A stretch of 64,000 nucleotides of DNA, taken from a virus. Its lineage: Duplodnaviria; Caudoviricetes. The notes under the pieces were generated by a model, which searched no databases, had not been told where the DNA came from, and saw only the letters and a program-made list of their open reading frames with translations. Both the position numbers and the translations under genes were made by a program. Positions 1 through 9,001 of this stretch are shown piece by piece. The first letter of the stretch is position 1. Each line of letters opens with the position of its first letter. The stretch spans positions 18,230 through 82,229 of IMG/VR virus record IMGVR_UViG_3300017766_004544. One strand, 5' to 3'.

Positions 1-105
1 CCGGGCGCCCCAACGTCACCAGCTCACCGGCCTGGTGCTGCACCTGCTCGCCCAGGGATGTGGTCTTGCTCTATTGATCACCCTGGCGATTTGGTTCCTG
101 CTCGG

Positions 106-312
106 TTAGCGCTTCTCCAGTTCGCGCAGCCTGAGTTCGTGGTCGCCAATGCGGATCTCCAGCTCGTGGATGTCCTTGCTCAGTTCACTGCGCAGCATCT
201 GCAATTCATGCAGGATCCCGTCCATGCCGCGCTTCATGGAGCCCTGCTCAAAGGCCATCCGCCACAGGGCACCAACTGCCGCAACGCCAATGACGGCACC
301 AACTTCAATCAT
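106..312 (-). CDS. Small membrane protein with coiled coil (holin-like candidate)
   Basis: N-terminal hydrophobic helix (IEVGAVIGVAAVGALW), heptad-like C-terminus; TAGGAT 29 nt upstream. Confidence 0.45.
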   Translation of the reverse strand: MIEVGAVIGVAAVGALWRMAFEQGSMKRGMDGILHELQMLRSELSKDIHELEIRIGDHELRLRELEKR

Positions 313-371
313 TGGCGGCAGCGCCTGTGCTTACTCGCAACATCCTAAAAAACTTCGCTGAACGAGTCATC

Positions 372-911
372 ATGTCCAACCCGCCTGAGATGCGTCCGCC
401 CAAAGCGCCTGAGCATTGGGATCAGCGCTTTCTTTCCATCGCTCGCAATATCGCCGGTTGGAGTAAAGACCCCAGCACCAAGGTCGGAGCGGTGGCGGTC
501 CGGGAACGGCGGATCCTCGCTTCCGGTTACAACGGCATCCCGATGCACGTCAATGACGACATCACGCGCCTGAGCAATCGCGAGCTGCGTCTGCAGATGA
601 CCGTGCACGCCGAGGCCAACCTCATCTGCTACGCCGCTCGCCACGGCGTCTGTCTCAACGGTGCCACCTGCTACGTCTGGCCACTGATGACCTGCAGCCA
701 GTGCGCTGCCCAGCTCATCCAGGCGGGCTTCATCAAGGTCGTCATCCCGAACTTCGTCATGCCCCTGCGCTGGCAGGAGTCGTTCGAGACCGCCAAGCTC
801 ATGTTCATCGAGGCCGGCGTCGCCGTGTCGTCGATCCCGATGAGCGGTCCGATCGAGCCAGCCCTGGAGGGCTGCGAAGAGGAGCTGTTCGACCCGTTGA
901 CGGTGGCCTAA
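372..911 (+). CDS. dCMP deaminase
   Basis: SKDPSTKVGAV, GYNG, HAEAN and PxxTCSQC zinc motifs; ATG at 372 preferred over track start 312. Confidence 0.9.
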   Translation: MSNPPEMRPPKAPEHWDQRFLSIARNIAGWSKDPSTKVGAVAVRERRILASGYNGIPMHVNDDITRLSNRELRLQMTVHAEANLICYAARHGVCLNGATCYVWPLMTCSQCAAQLIQAGFIKVVIPNFVMPLRWQESFETAKLMFIEAGVAVSSIPMSGPIEPALEGCEEELFDPLTVA

Positions 912-923
912 AACCAACTACCC

Positions 924-1208
924 TTGGCGCGCACAGTGCAAGACATGGCGCGCAGTCCGCTCACGATGAAGTCCTTTCTGGTTGGCCTGCGGGTCCTCAA
1001 TCGCCTCGATGGCCGGGCTGGGCTTGTCATCGGCAAGTCCGAAGCCCTCGGCACCCGCTTCTCCCTGGTGCCCGTGGTCATTGAGGGCAGCACCCGCAAC
1101 GAGCTCTGGCCGGAGCACTGGGTGGATGTTCGCCCCACCAAGGACCAGTTCCCCGCACTCGGCGGTCGCTTTCAAGCTGCCGGCGGCTACCCCCTCCGCA
1201 TCCAATGA
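924..1208 (+). CDS. Hypothetical protein
   Basis: ORF in co-directional run; ATGA overlap with next gene. Confidence 0.55.
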   Translation: MARTVQDMARSPLTMKSFLVGLRVLNRLDGRAGLVIGKSEALGTRFSLVPVVIEGSTRNELWPEHWVDVRPTKDQFPALGGRFQAAGGYPLRIQ

Positions 1209-1471
1209 CCAAACCCAAGGCCCCCCTGCTGTCAGTCGGTGATCGTGTCCGCGAGCGTGATCGCGTCGCGGATCATGTCGTCACACCCACGTCCCCCAGC
1301 TTCCAGCAAGTCCGCGGCATCCTCAGCCACCGCCGCTACGGCATCGTGGTTGCCGTGGAGGTCAAGAAGAGCATTCGCGGTAGCGCTTGCAAGTACATCC
1401 ACGTCCAGTGGGACCACCTCAACACACCCTCGGTGCACGCCAGCTCGCGGATTGAGAAGGTTGCTGATTGA
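1205..1471 (+). CDS. Hypothetical protein
   Basis: Coupled to upstream ORF by 4-nt overlap. Confidence 0.55.
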   Translation: MTKPKAPLLSVGDRVRERDRVADHVVTPTSPSFQQVRGILSHRRYGIVVAVEVKKSIRGSACKYIHVQWDHLNTPSVHASSRIEKVAD

Positions 1472-1498
1472 TACATTCAATTCAGTAGATCGTCTCCC

Positions 1499-2209
1499 AT
1501 GGCGCGCTGGCCGATCCCACCTGATCTCCACTCAGAAATCATTGGTGGTCCGCTGTGCTTCTTCCATGAGCACAGCATTGGCAGTAAAGATGGTCGCGTT
1601 CCGCGCTACATCGACAGCCATGCCTGCGTGCGTTGCATTTCCTCGCTGACCGAGGGGCGTCTGACCCTCGACGTCCACAAGATCCACCGCAAGCACAGGC
1701 GCCGTTTCCTGGAGTTCTGGTCCTTCGTCGAGATCAATGATCCCGACGACTGTTGGCCCTGGCGGGGAGCCATGCACAGCCGCTCGAACTCCACCATCTT
1801 TCGCGTGCCCCGCCACTGGCATCGCAGCCACCAGTTCGCCGCGCCGCGCGTGGCCGCCTGGTTCAGTTGGGGCGACGTGGGCCGGCTGCCGATCAAGCAC
1901 CTCTGCGGGGACAACAGCTGCTGCAATCCCCTGCACTTGCGCGTGCAGGGGGTGCCGCACTACTACCACAACCGGCGGCTGCAATCGATCGACCTCGAGT
2001 TCAGCACCCACAAGCTCAATCACGAAACCACGCTGTTCCTCAAAACCACCCAGGAGCGTGACCCCAAGCGCTTCTTGAAACTGGAAGCAGCCAACCAGCT
2101 CTGGATTGAGTTCCGCATGCGGCAAGACGGACCGGTGACTGCCGAGGAGATCGCCGCCTTGATGACTGATGACGCTGACGACGAACCTGAGTTCGACGAC
2201 GAAGACTAG
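1499..2209 (+). CDS. His-Me finger / HNH-type endonuclease-like protein
   Basis: DDCWPWRG ... KHLCGDNSCCNPLHL resembles the zinc-binding loop of His-Me homing endonucleases. Confidence 0.65.
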   Translation: MARWPIPPDLHSEIIGGPLCFFHEHSIGSKDGRVPRYIDSHACVRCISSLTEGRLTLDVHKIHRKHRRRFLEFWSFVEINDPDDCWPWRGAMHSRSNSTIFRVPRHWHRSHQFAAPRVAAWFSWGDVGRLPIKHLCGDNSCCNPLHLRVQGVPHYYHNRRLQSIDLEFSTHKLNHETTLFLKTTQERDPKRFLKLEAANQLWIEFRMRQDGPVTAEEIAALMTDDADDEPEFDDED

Positions 2210-2257
2210 AGCATCACCAGCTCTTTATCATGAGAGGTATCGTGATCGCCGCTCGAT

Positions 2258-3112
2258 ATGTCTTTCGCAAGCCCCAACCGACCCGTTGTTGGGGATAAGC
2301 GTGTCCAGCGATGGATTGATCGGCAAGAGGAGCGCGGACAGGAGCATCCTGATGTCACGAAGTTCCTGGCCCGGCAACTCTCCAAGGACCGCGGCCTCAG
2401 CGCCAATGTGGTCAACAGCTACAACGAGGGCAAGTACCCCACCGGTAAATACGGCTCCATGGGCGCTTTTGGGGCGATCGCCGATGCTGGCCAGGACCTC
2501 GACGAGCGGTATGGACGCGGTACCAAGGCTGATATTGCTGGCCTGAAAGGAGCCAGCCTCCGCAAGGGTGATGTCTACATGGGCGCCACCGAAGTGGGGC
2601 CGGCCGCTGAGGGCAGCGACTTCACCCGTTACACGGACGGTGTACTCAACCGAGAGGTCGACATCACTGTCCTGCCCCGCTGGATGGTCAAGCAGCAACC
2701 GCAGTCAGTCAGTCCTACTGCTGCGCCAGTTCAGCAGCAGGCTGCCCCGGCTGGCACCGAGCCCAGCGTGGACCTCATCAAGGCCAGAGAGGCCTACGAC
2801 CGCGCCACGCAATACCAAAGCCAAGGCGGTGACTCGCGGGGCGGGAGCGACCTGGATCTGACGGCCTCTGGCTCCTCGCTGTATCAGAACCTGTACGACG
2901 CGGGCAGGGCAGGGGTCGCCGACTACGAGAACCGGTTCATCCCGGCCCTGGATGCCCGGGCCAAGTTGACGGCCCAGGAAATTCGCTACGGGACCGGCAG
3001 CGCTATCGACGCCCTGCCTGACAACCTCCAGCTGCCGACCTACGACAAGATGTTCCCCAAGGTGGCCGCGAAGAAGGGGCTGTACAAGTGGCTCGAGAAT
3101 CGACTTGCCTGA
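2258..3112 (+). CDS. Hypothetical protein (possibly virion-associated)
   Basis: 284-aa ORF, G/A/Q-rich like the proteins in the structural region. Confidence 0.55.
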   Translation: MSFASPNRPVVGDKRVQRWIDRQEERGQEHPDVTKFLARQLSKDRGLSANVVNSYNEGKYPTGKYGSMGAFGAIADAGQDLDERYGRGTKADIAGLKGASLRKGDVYMGATEVGPAAEGSDFTRYTDGVLNREVDITVLPRWMVKQQPQSVSPTAAPVQQQAAPAGTEPSVDLIKAREAYDRATQYQSQGGDSRGGSDLDLTASGSSLYQNLYDAGRAGVADYENRFIPALDARAKLTAQEIRYGTGSAIDALPDNLQLPTYDKMFPKVAAKKGLYKWLENRLA

Positions 3113-3171
3113 TAGGGGTTGCGCTGCGTAAGCCCTGTCCTTAGGCTGCCTGCAGTCTCTGGCCCCCACCT

Positions 3172-3885
3172 GTGCAGCCTGCTTTCAAGGTCGAGCGTGT
3201 CGCTGCGACGGAGTGCCCGCAGCAACTGATCTACATCGCGCTGCATAACGACTACTCCGAGGACTTCATTGCTTCGACAGGGCTAGCCGAGGACGACTGC
3301 GGCAAGATCGCTGTAGAGCGTCTCCTCAAGGGCGGCAAGGGGCACTGGGGTCCGCTCGAGCACCCGCAACTCACCCTGGCCCTCAAGGCCGATCACAACA
3401 CCTTGATGCAGCTGCGCACTCACCGCGTCGGCTGTTCCTATGACCTGCAATCGATGCGCTATTCGGGGCAGCGCATCGAGAAGGTGGCATCCGGCGAAAT
3501 CCCCATCGAAGACGTCTTCTACGTCCGTCCGCCCGGCAAGTACCGCGACCGTCAGGGCGATCCCTACGAGTGGACCGAAGACGACGTGGAAGAAGCCCTG
3601 GCCATGTCGCTCTCCTCGGCCATCGACTACGCCCGCCTCCGGGAGCGTGGTGTTGCCGAGGAGCATGCCCGAGGTGTGCTGATCACCAACTATTTCCAGA
3701 ACGCCATCGTCTCCGCCAACCTGCGCGCCTGGCTGCACCTGCTCGACGTCCGCCTCAAGGGTGATGCCCAGTTCGAGATCCGCTGCCTCATGGATCTTGT
3801 CGCCGGTCAAGTGCAGCGCTGGGTGCCGGAGGTCTATGGCTGGTACTCCGAAAACCGCCGCGGCAAAGCACTCCTCGCCCCCTGA
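3172..3885 (+). CDS. thyX: Flavin-dependent thymidylate synthase
   Basis: GHWGPLEH, QLRTHRVGCSYDLQSMRY (THR variant of the RHR-x7-S motif), EEHARGVL, NLRAWLHLLDVR. Confidence 0.9.
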   Translation: MQPAFKVERVAATECPQQLIYIALHNDYSEDFIASTGLAEDDCGKIAVERLLKGGKGHWGPLEHPQLTLALKADHNTLMQLRTHRVGCSYDLQSMRYSGQRIEKVASGEIPIEDVFYVRPPGKYRDRQGDPYEWTEDDVEEALAMSLSSAIDYARLRERGVAEEHARGVLITNYFQNAIVSANLRAWLHLLDVRLKGDAQFEIRCLMDLVAGQVQRWVPEVYGWYSENRRGKALLAP

Positions 3886-3888
3886 TTC

Positions 3889-4332
3889 ATGCCTCGCCCC
3901 TCCAAGATCGAACTGCTGTCGCGCTTCTTCCCTGAAATCAGGGAGAAAGTCACCAAGGCCGACAAAGAGCAGTCCATTGCCTACAACACGCTGGCCTGCG
4001 AGGTGGTCCTTGCTGACCTGCTGCGCCTCTATGACAAGGGCTTCTCTGCCCATGGCCCCGGCACGCTCTGCGTCCGCCTGCACCAGGGGGCCGGCGAGAG
4101 CAGCTACCTCGCCCTAGCCGACCTGCGCGCCGACCAGGAGCAGGCCCGCGCTGCCGGCGAAAGCGGCATCGAGTCCTCCATGAAGGCGATCGTCGCCGAG
4201 ATCGAGCGCATCAACCCCGAGAAGGCTGGCCTGGTGCTGATGGTGGACAACAGCAGCATCCAGCTCTTCCCGATCGATCGCGAGTACCCGGCCCGCTCGG
4301 TCCAGGCCCTGCTCGAGGAGTTCGCCGCTTGA
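3889..4332 (+). CDS. Hypothetical protein
   Basis: Tightly packed after thyX. Confidence 0.6.
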   Translation: MPRPSKIELLSRFFPEIREKVTKADKEQSIAYNTLACEVVLADLLRLYDKGFSAHGPGTLCVRLHQGAGESSYLALADLRADQEQARAAGESGIESSMKAIVAEIERINPEKAGLVLMVDNSSIQLFPIDREYPARSVQALLEEFAA

Positions 4333-4375
4333 CGTTGCTCCGTGTGAGCCGGCAGCCGGCCCTTCTCCCTGGCCG

Positions 4376-4996
4376 ATGAGCGACTTCAACCGCCTCGACC
4401 TGGCTCCGCCCCAGGACATCATCCTGCCGGCGCGCTCGGTCCTCGGGGCCATCGACTTCGATCCCTATTCCACCCCGATCATCAACCGGGTGGTCATGGC
4501 CTCGCGCATCCACGATCGCGACCTTGAAAGCATCGAGGATGTGCTGGCCTGCGACTGGAATGCACCCGGCCAGAAGCGTGCCTTCGTCGGGGTTCCTGTC
4601 GGCGCTGGGGCAACCCGCCGGCTGCTCAACAAGCTGCTGCGGGAATACCGGGCTGGGCGCATTTCCCATGCCATCGCCTGGATCGGTCACAACGAGTCGA
4701 TCATCCGCATGCCGTGGCTGTGGGACTTCCCGATCTGCATCCCCTACCGCCGCCTGCGGCCCTCCTACTGGGACGACGAGCTCGAGAAGTTCCGCACCGT
4801 CGCCCCGTCTGACTGGTCGGCGGTTCTGTACTTGCCGCCCGCCGACGACTCGTACGGCTTCCATGCCGGCCTCAGCAAATTTCACGTCGCCTTTTCGCCC
4901 ATCGGTCGGGTCGTCTTCAACGAGCACAGCGGGGAGGACGACTGGACCGAGGCCTACAAGGCCGCCATGAAGCAGCCCTACGACTTCCGCTGGTGA
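4376..4996 (+). CDS. Phage N6-adenine DNA methyltransferase-like protein with altered catalytic motif
   Basis: VLGAIDFDPYS (motif I-like), DW..., KLLREY, PICIPYRRL; GVPV where NPPY is expected. Confidence 0.55.
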   Translation: MSDFNRLDLAPPQDIILPARSVLGAIDFDPYSTPIINRVVMASRIHDRDLESIEDVLACDWNAPGQKRAFVGVPVGAGATRRLLNKLLREYRAGRISHAIAWIGHNESIIRMPWLWDFPICIPYRRLRPSYWDDELEKFRTVAPSDWSAVLYLPPADDSYGFHAGLSKFHVAFSPIGRVVFNEHSGEDDWTEAYKAAMKQPYDFRW

Positions 4997-4997
4997 C

Positions 4998-5480
4998 GTG
5001 ACCTTCCATTTGCCCTGCTCCGAATCTCCGTCTGACGAGTTCCGCACTCCCAGTGGCGAATGGTTCTCCACGCTCCGGGCCATTGCCTTCGATGGCTGGC
5101 TGCTCTGGAGGCATGCACTGCCAGAAGATCCGATGCTCTGGCCGGCGATGGACCAGGACGTCTTCGTGACGATCGAGGCCCTGGCCCGCCGCATCCACAG
5201 CCTGCACCAGCTCCTACCGGACTACCGCCGGCTCACGGATACACCGTTTTCGGTCAGCCGCTGGTGGGACCCCACCGATGACACCGGCGAATGGATGACG
5301 GGCGAGCGTGTCTTACTGCGCATCAACAGCTACACCGCCCGGGACATCGAACAGGAAATCCCGCCCAGGCTCAAAGGCCAGCTCAAGATCCAGGCCCGCT
5401 CCCTCAACTGGCTGGAGGTCAGCCTGCCGGAGGGACCGCACTTGTCGCCACTGACGTCCTGCCCTGACGGAAGCCCTTGA
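4998..5480 (+). CDS. Hypothetical protein
   Basis: Starts 1 nt after upstream stop. Confidence 0.55.
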   Translation: MTFHLPCSESPSDEFRTPSGEWFSTLRAIAFDGWLLWRHALPEDPMLWPAMDQDVFVTIEALARRIHSLHQLLPDYRRLTDTPFSVSRWWDPTDDTGEWMTGERVLLRINSYTARDIEQEIPPRLKGQLKIQARSLNWLEVSLPEGPHLSPLTSCPDGSP

Positions 5481-5757
5481 GTTCGGCCAGGTTGGCGCGC
5501 CCGCCCAGGGAACCTGAGCCCTCGGTGCGGAAGATCTCCCGCGCTTCCTTGGTATCCATGTTGCGCCCCGCCACCACAGCCATGCCACCACCGGCACTGC
5601 TGACGCCGCCAGTGCTCCCGCCGTAGTCCTGGCTGGCTCGGTTCTCCTGCCGCGCCCGTGACAGGTAGGAGCGCACCAGCCGATCGCTCTGTTCCTGGCT
5701 GCCAGTCTTGGCACGGAAGCCGTTATAGAAGCGGGCTTCTTTGTAGCGACGATCCAT
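5419..5757 (-). CDS. Hypothetical protein
   Basis: MDRRYKEARFYN... fills the gap between plus-strand genes; overlaps the end of 4998..5480. Confidence 0.35.
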   Translation of the reverse strand: MDRRYKEARFYNGFRAKTGSQEQSDRLVRSYLSRARQENRASQDYGGSTGGVSSAGGGMAVVAGRNMDTKEAREIFRTEGSGSLGGRANLAELKGFRQGRTSVATSAVPPAG

Positions 5758-5833
5758 GGCGCATGAGCAGACGCGCGAAACGCTTGCCACAGCGCACGCC
5801 TCTGTTTACCCTAGGCGATATTGCAACGGGTTC

Positions 5834-6271
5834 ATGTCAGCGAAGACGCGCTTTGACTTGATCCCCTTTGCCGCTGTGGGCGAGATTGCGGACGTCCTGG
5901 CCTATGGCGCCGAGAAGTACAGCGCCAATAACTGGTGTCGCGGCACTGAATGGGGGCGCTATTTCTCAGCGCTCTGCCGTCACATCTTCGCCTGGTGGCG
6001 CGGCGAGGACCGGGACCCAGAAACCGGTCTCTCTCACCTGGCCCACGCAGGCTGCTGCTTGCTGTTCCTGATGGAATACCAGCGCAACGCCTGGGGCACT
6101 GACGACCGCTTCTGTGGCCCCGACGGCCAGGCCTTCACCAAGCACGACGGCCGGAGCACCCAGCAAGATGGCACCACCGGCCAAAGCGCCTGCTGGGTCG
6201 GGAGCGACGGCCTGCAGCAGTGCGCGACTACAGGCCCCTCGATCTACGACGACGATGACGGCTTGGACTAG
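5834..6271 (+). CDS. dATP/dGTP diphosphohydrolase N-terminal family (DUF5664) protein
   Basis: RFDLIP, VLAYGAEKYSANNW, ALCRH, GEDRDPETGLSHLAHAGCCLLFL; start could be 5756. Confidence 0.8.
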   Translation: MSAKTRFDLIPFAAVGEIADVLAYGAEKYSANNWCRGTEWGRYFSALCRHIFAWWRGEDRDPETGLSHLAHAGCCLLFLMEYQRNAWGTDDRFCGPDGQAFTKHDGRSTQQDGTTGQSACWVGSDGLQQCATTGPSIYDDDDGLD

Positions 6272-6654
6272 CTGACGCCGAACTCCTGGTTGATGCGGTT
6301 GATCCGATCGGCCAGAGAATTCAGCTGCGCATTGATCGCCGTGTTCAGTTCAGCCGGGGCGGCACCGCTGCCTCCGAACACGGCCTGGGCCCGGGCCTGT
6401 TGGACCGTGGCGGCCTGGCGCTGCGCTTCGATCTGAGCGACCTGCGCGAAGGCTTGCTGCACCTCAGCCCTGGAGATCATCGTCGGCACCTGCTCCTTGA
6501 GCTCGTTGACCTGGCTGACCAGCTCGCTGAGCTGCCCGCCCACGGCCTTGACCTGGTACGAGAGCCGGCGGCGTCCCGCGCTCAGCACAATGGCTTGCCC
6601 GGAGGCCATGCCGATCAGCATGGCGGCCGCACCGGTGATGACGTAGCTGATCAC
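6268..6654 (-). CDS. Membrane-anchored coiled-coil protein
   Basis: N-terminal hydrophobic helix followed by basic RRR and Q/A-rich coiled coil. Confidence 0.55.
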   Translation of the reverse strand: MISYVITGAAAMLIGMASGQAIVLSAGRRRLSYQVKAVGGQLSELVSQVNELKEQVPTMISRAEVQQAFAQVAQIEAQRQAATVQQARAQAVFGGSGAAPAELNTAINAQLNSLADRINRINQEFGVS

Positions 6655-7127
6655 GAGATTCTCAGGCGAATGGTTTTGGCGGCATCCAGCAGGTTGGTGG
6701 GCAGAAGTTCGCGCTTCTGCACGACACCCACGACGGCCTCGAGCAACTGGGCCTCGGTGGAATTGGAGCCCAGGCGTGCCTTGAGGTTCTCACTGGTCTT
6801 GCCAGCGGCGGCGCTGGGGCGGTACCGGCGCTCGATCTCGCTGACGGCCTGAGCGACGTCCTTGCGGCTGAGGGACCCGTCAGCCAGCACGCCCGTGACC
6901 AGCTCCATCGCGAAGCGCACCTCACTGCTGCTGTACCCCTTCATGTGCTCGTTCAGCAGGGGATCGATCACCGCAAAGGCCCTGCGGATCACCGGCAGAA
7001 ACCGGCGCAGTTTGAGGTAAGTCAGCAGGGCGTTTGTGCCAATCGGCAGGGCAATCACGCCCGCCCCGATCAGCGCTGGCTCTGCGATGGCTAAAAAGCT
7101 AGCCATGGCACACATAATGCACGACAC
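6651..7127 (-). CDS. Membrane protein
   Basis: Hydrophobic ALIGAGVIALPIGTNALL segment; coupled to downstream ORF. Confidence 0.55.
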   Translation of the reverse strand: MSCIMCAMASFLAIAEPALIGAGVIALPIGTNALLTYLKLRRFLPVIRRAFAVIDPLLNEHMKGYSSSEVRFAMELVTGVLADGSLSRKDVAQAVSEIERRYRPSAAAGKTSENLKARLGSNSTEAQLLEAVVGVVQKRELLPTNLLDAAKTIRLRIS

Positions 7128-7147
7128 CGGTAATGTATCCGGTGCGC

Positions 7148-8260
7148 CTACATGCGCAGCAGCTGAGCTAGCGCAGGGGTGATCTTTGTGCGCCCGCCGG
7201 GCAGGGCCAGGTGGATATGGCTGTCATGCCCGCCGACTGGATCATCGCCGGGATGGAAGATCTCCGCGCCAGGCAGGGCGGCCTTGAGTTTGGACCCGAT
7301 CTGCTGCGTCAATGAGCGCCAATCGGAATCTGCCCGGCCCTTGAGCAGGGGCGAGCCGGGCTGGATGGTCAGGTCCAGAGCATTGCCGTCGTAGTGATGC
7401 GAGTTCGGCGAATGCTGACCCACGCCGCCAAAGGCCGGGTTCTCGGCCACCTTCAGCCCCATGCCCTGGAGCTGCTTGCCGAGCGAGACGATGTCCAGCT
7501 CGCCGCCTAGATCGCCGCCCGGAGTGCTCGCAGAGGGCAGCGCAGGCTGAGGACTCGCGGTCGCTACGGCTCCGGCGGCGGGCGCCGCCCCAGGCAGCAA
7601 GGCGGTCACAGCCGCGATCTGAGCCTCCAGGCCAGGGGAAGCGCCAAGGGCCGCCATCCGCCCGGGCTCACGGGGCTGCGCCTGTGCCGCCTCCAGGCTG
7701 CTTTGCACGAGGGCGGCGGCCACTGCTGCCAGGGGATCGCCGGGGCGGCGATCCCCGAAACCTGCACCGCCATCCAGGGGGTCGACCTCCTGCGTCAATC
7801 GGGCGGGCAATGGCGAGGCATCAGGACTGCCGCCGATCACCGGATCGAACTTCTGAGAGAACTGCTTGTAGAGATCACCACCCGGCAGCATGCGCTTGGC
7901 GGCGGCGTCCGAATTGGTCCCGAAGCTGTCGGTACCGGACTGCCCTGGATTGCCGACCAGGACCGTTCTGTAAAGCTCGGTTGCTCCATGTTTGCCGGGC
8001 TGGAACCCCCGCTGCTGGAAGTATTTCTCAACGAACGGCAACTGGCCGGCAATCGTCATCGGGCCCTGGGGCAGCCCCACCTCCTTGCGGGCCCCAGGTC
8101 CGAATTGAATCAAGCCTCGATATTGACCGCCTGCACCACCCCAGATGTTGGGATTGGTCCCAGATTCCAGCTCAAACAGGGCACCCAGCGTCCTCGGGTC
8201 TACGCCAAGTCGTTGGGCGGTTGACGCAATCGCTGCAGCATCGCCCTTTGTCAGTGCCAT
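7148..8260 (-). CDS. Peptidoglycan hydrolase: lysozyme/SLT-like N-domain + M15-like Zn peptidase C-domain
   Basis: LFELESG...GLIQFG (transglycosylase-like Glu and GLxQ); HSPNSHHYDGNALDL...HDSHIH (H-x6-D...HxH). Confidence 0.65.
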   Translation of the reverse strand: MALTKGDAAAIASTAQRLGVDPRTLGALFELESGTNPNIWGGAGGQYRGLIQFGPGARKEVGLPQGPMTIAGQLPFVEKYFQQRGFQPGKHGATELYRTVLVGNPGQSGTDSFGTNSDAAAKRMLPGGDLYKQFSQKFDPVIGGSPDASPLPARLTQEVDPLDGGAGFGDRRPGDPLAAVAAALVQSSLEAAQAQPREPGRMAALGASPGLEAQIAAVTALLPGAAPAAGAVATASPQPALPSASTPGGDLGGELDIVSLGKQLQGMGLKVAENPAFGGVGQHSPNSHHYDGNALDLTIQPGSPLLKGRADSDWRSLTQQIGSKLKAALPGAEIFHPGDDPVGGHDSHIHLALPGGRTKITPALAQLLRM

Positions 8261-8616
8261 TACAGACCCGAATCATCGTCAGGAGTCAGGACGATTTCGT
8301 CCATGTCCAACTCCATTGTGGCAATTTCCCACATCTCACGTAGATAATCATTCGCCTCGTCTTCTGTGGGCGCATAGCCCATCAGGTCTTCAAACTCTTC
8401 GCGCGTCTCAGGCTGCTGCCATGGATGTCTCTCCTCCAGGAAGAACATGAACCCAGCTTCCCGGCTGTTCGCAATGAAGGTCTGCTTGAGCTTGAATCGC
8501 GCCTCCCAGGAAGTGCACAAAGCTTCGACGAGTTCGTCCTTGCTCATGGCCTTGGCCTCGATCTCGACCCGGCGCAGCAGGTACTTCTGCTCCGAGGTCA
8601 GCTCCATGTCCTCCAT
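8260..8616 (-). CDS. nblA: NblA-like phycobilisome degradation protein with acidic C-terminal extension
   Basis: LTSEQKYLLRRVEIEAKAMSKDELVEALCTSWEARFKLKQTF follows the NblA pattern L[ST]xEQxF..R....MS.E...L. Confidence 0.7.
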   Translation of the reverse strand: MEDMELTSEQKYLLRRVEIEAKAMSKDELVEALCTSWEARFKLKQTFIANSREAGFMFFLEERHPWQQPETREEFEDLMGYAPTEDEANDYLREMWEIATMELDMDEIVLTPDDDSGL

Positions 8617-9001
8617 GGCCTTCTCCGTGACGGAACCAGGTTTCAGCTGCGGAAGCGGCGAAAGAGGGCTGCAGCCATGCCTCTATTTTCGCGGCCCTGC
8701 GCTCACAATAGAAATCTTGTTGAACGTACCAGGCGCGCCAGTCCCTGGCACTACCTTTGGCCGCGTTACAAGCCCGGCAGGCAGCGACCAGATTGGAGCG
8801 CAAGCTGCTGCCACCGAAGGCCCTGGGCTTGACGTGATCCAGGGTCATCGTCAACGGCCGGCCGTCTTGGCCAGCGCTATGGCCGCAGTAGGCACAGCCG
8901 CCCCATTCGTCCTTGATGGCCTGACGGAAGCGCCGCCTGGCCCCACTGGGCGATAGATCGATGAGGCTGAACACATAGTCATCCCAGTGTTCTGGCGTCA
9001 T
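8408..9001 (-). CDS. HNH endonuclease
   Basis: CAYCG...TLDHVKPRAFGGSSLRSNLVAACRACNAAKG; 3' 209 nt overlap nblA in another frame. Confidence 0.85.
   Translation of the reverse strand: MTPEHWDDYVFSLIDLSPSGARRRFRQAIKDEWGGCAYCGHSAGQDGRPLTMTLDHVKPRAFGGSSLRSNLVAACRACNAAKGSARDWRAWYVQQDFYCERRAAKIEAWLQPSFAASAAETWFRHGEGHGGHGADLGAEVPAAPGRDRGQGHEQGRTRRSFVHFLGGAIQAQADLHCEQPGSWVHVLPGGETSMAAA

Noticed and set aside
5756-6271. Evidence for a 2-aminoadenine (Z) genome
   Set aside because: DUF5664 alone is insufficient; no purZ-like gene or DNA polymerase is recognisable in the window.
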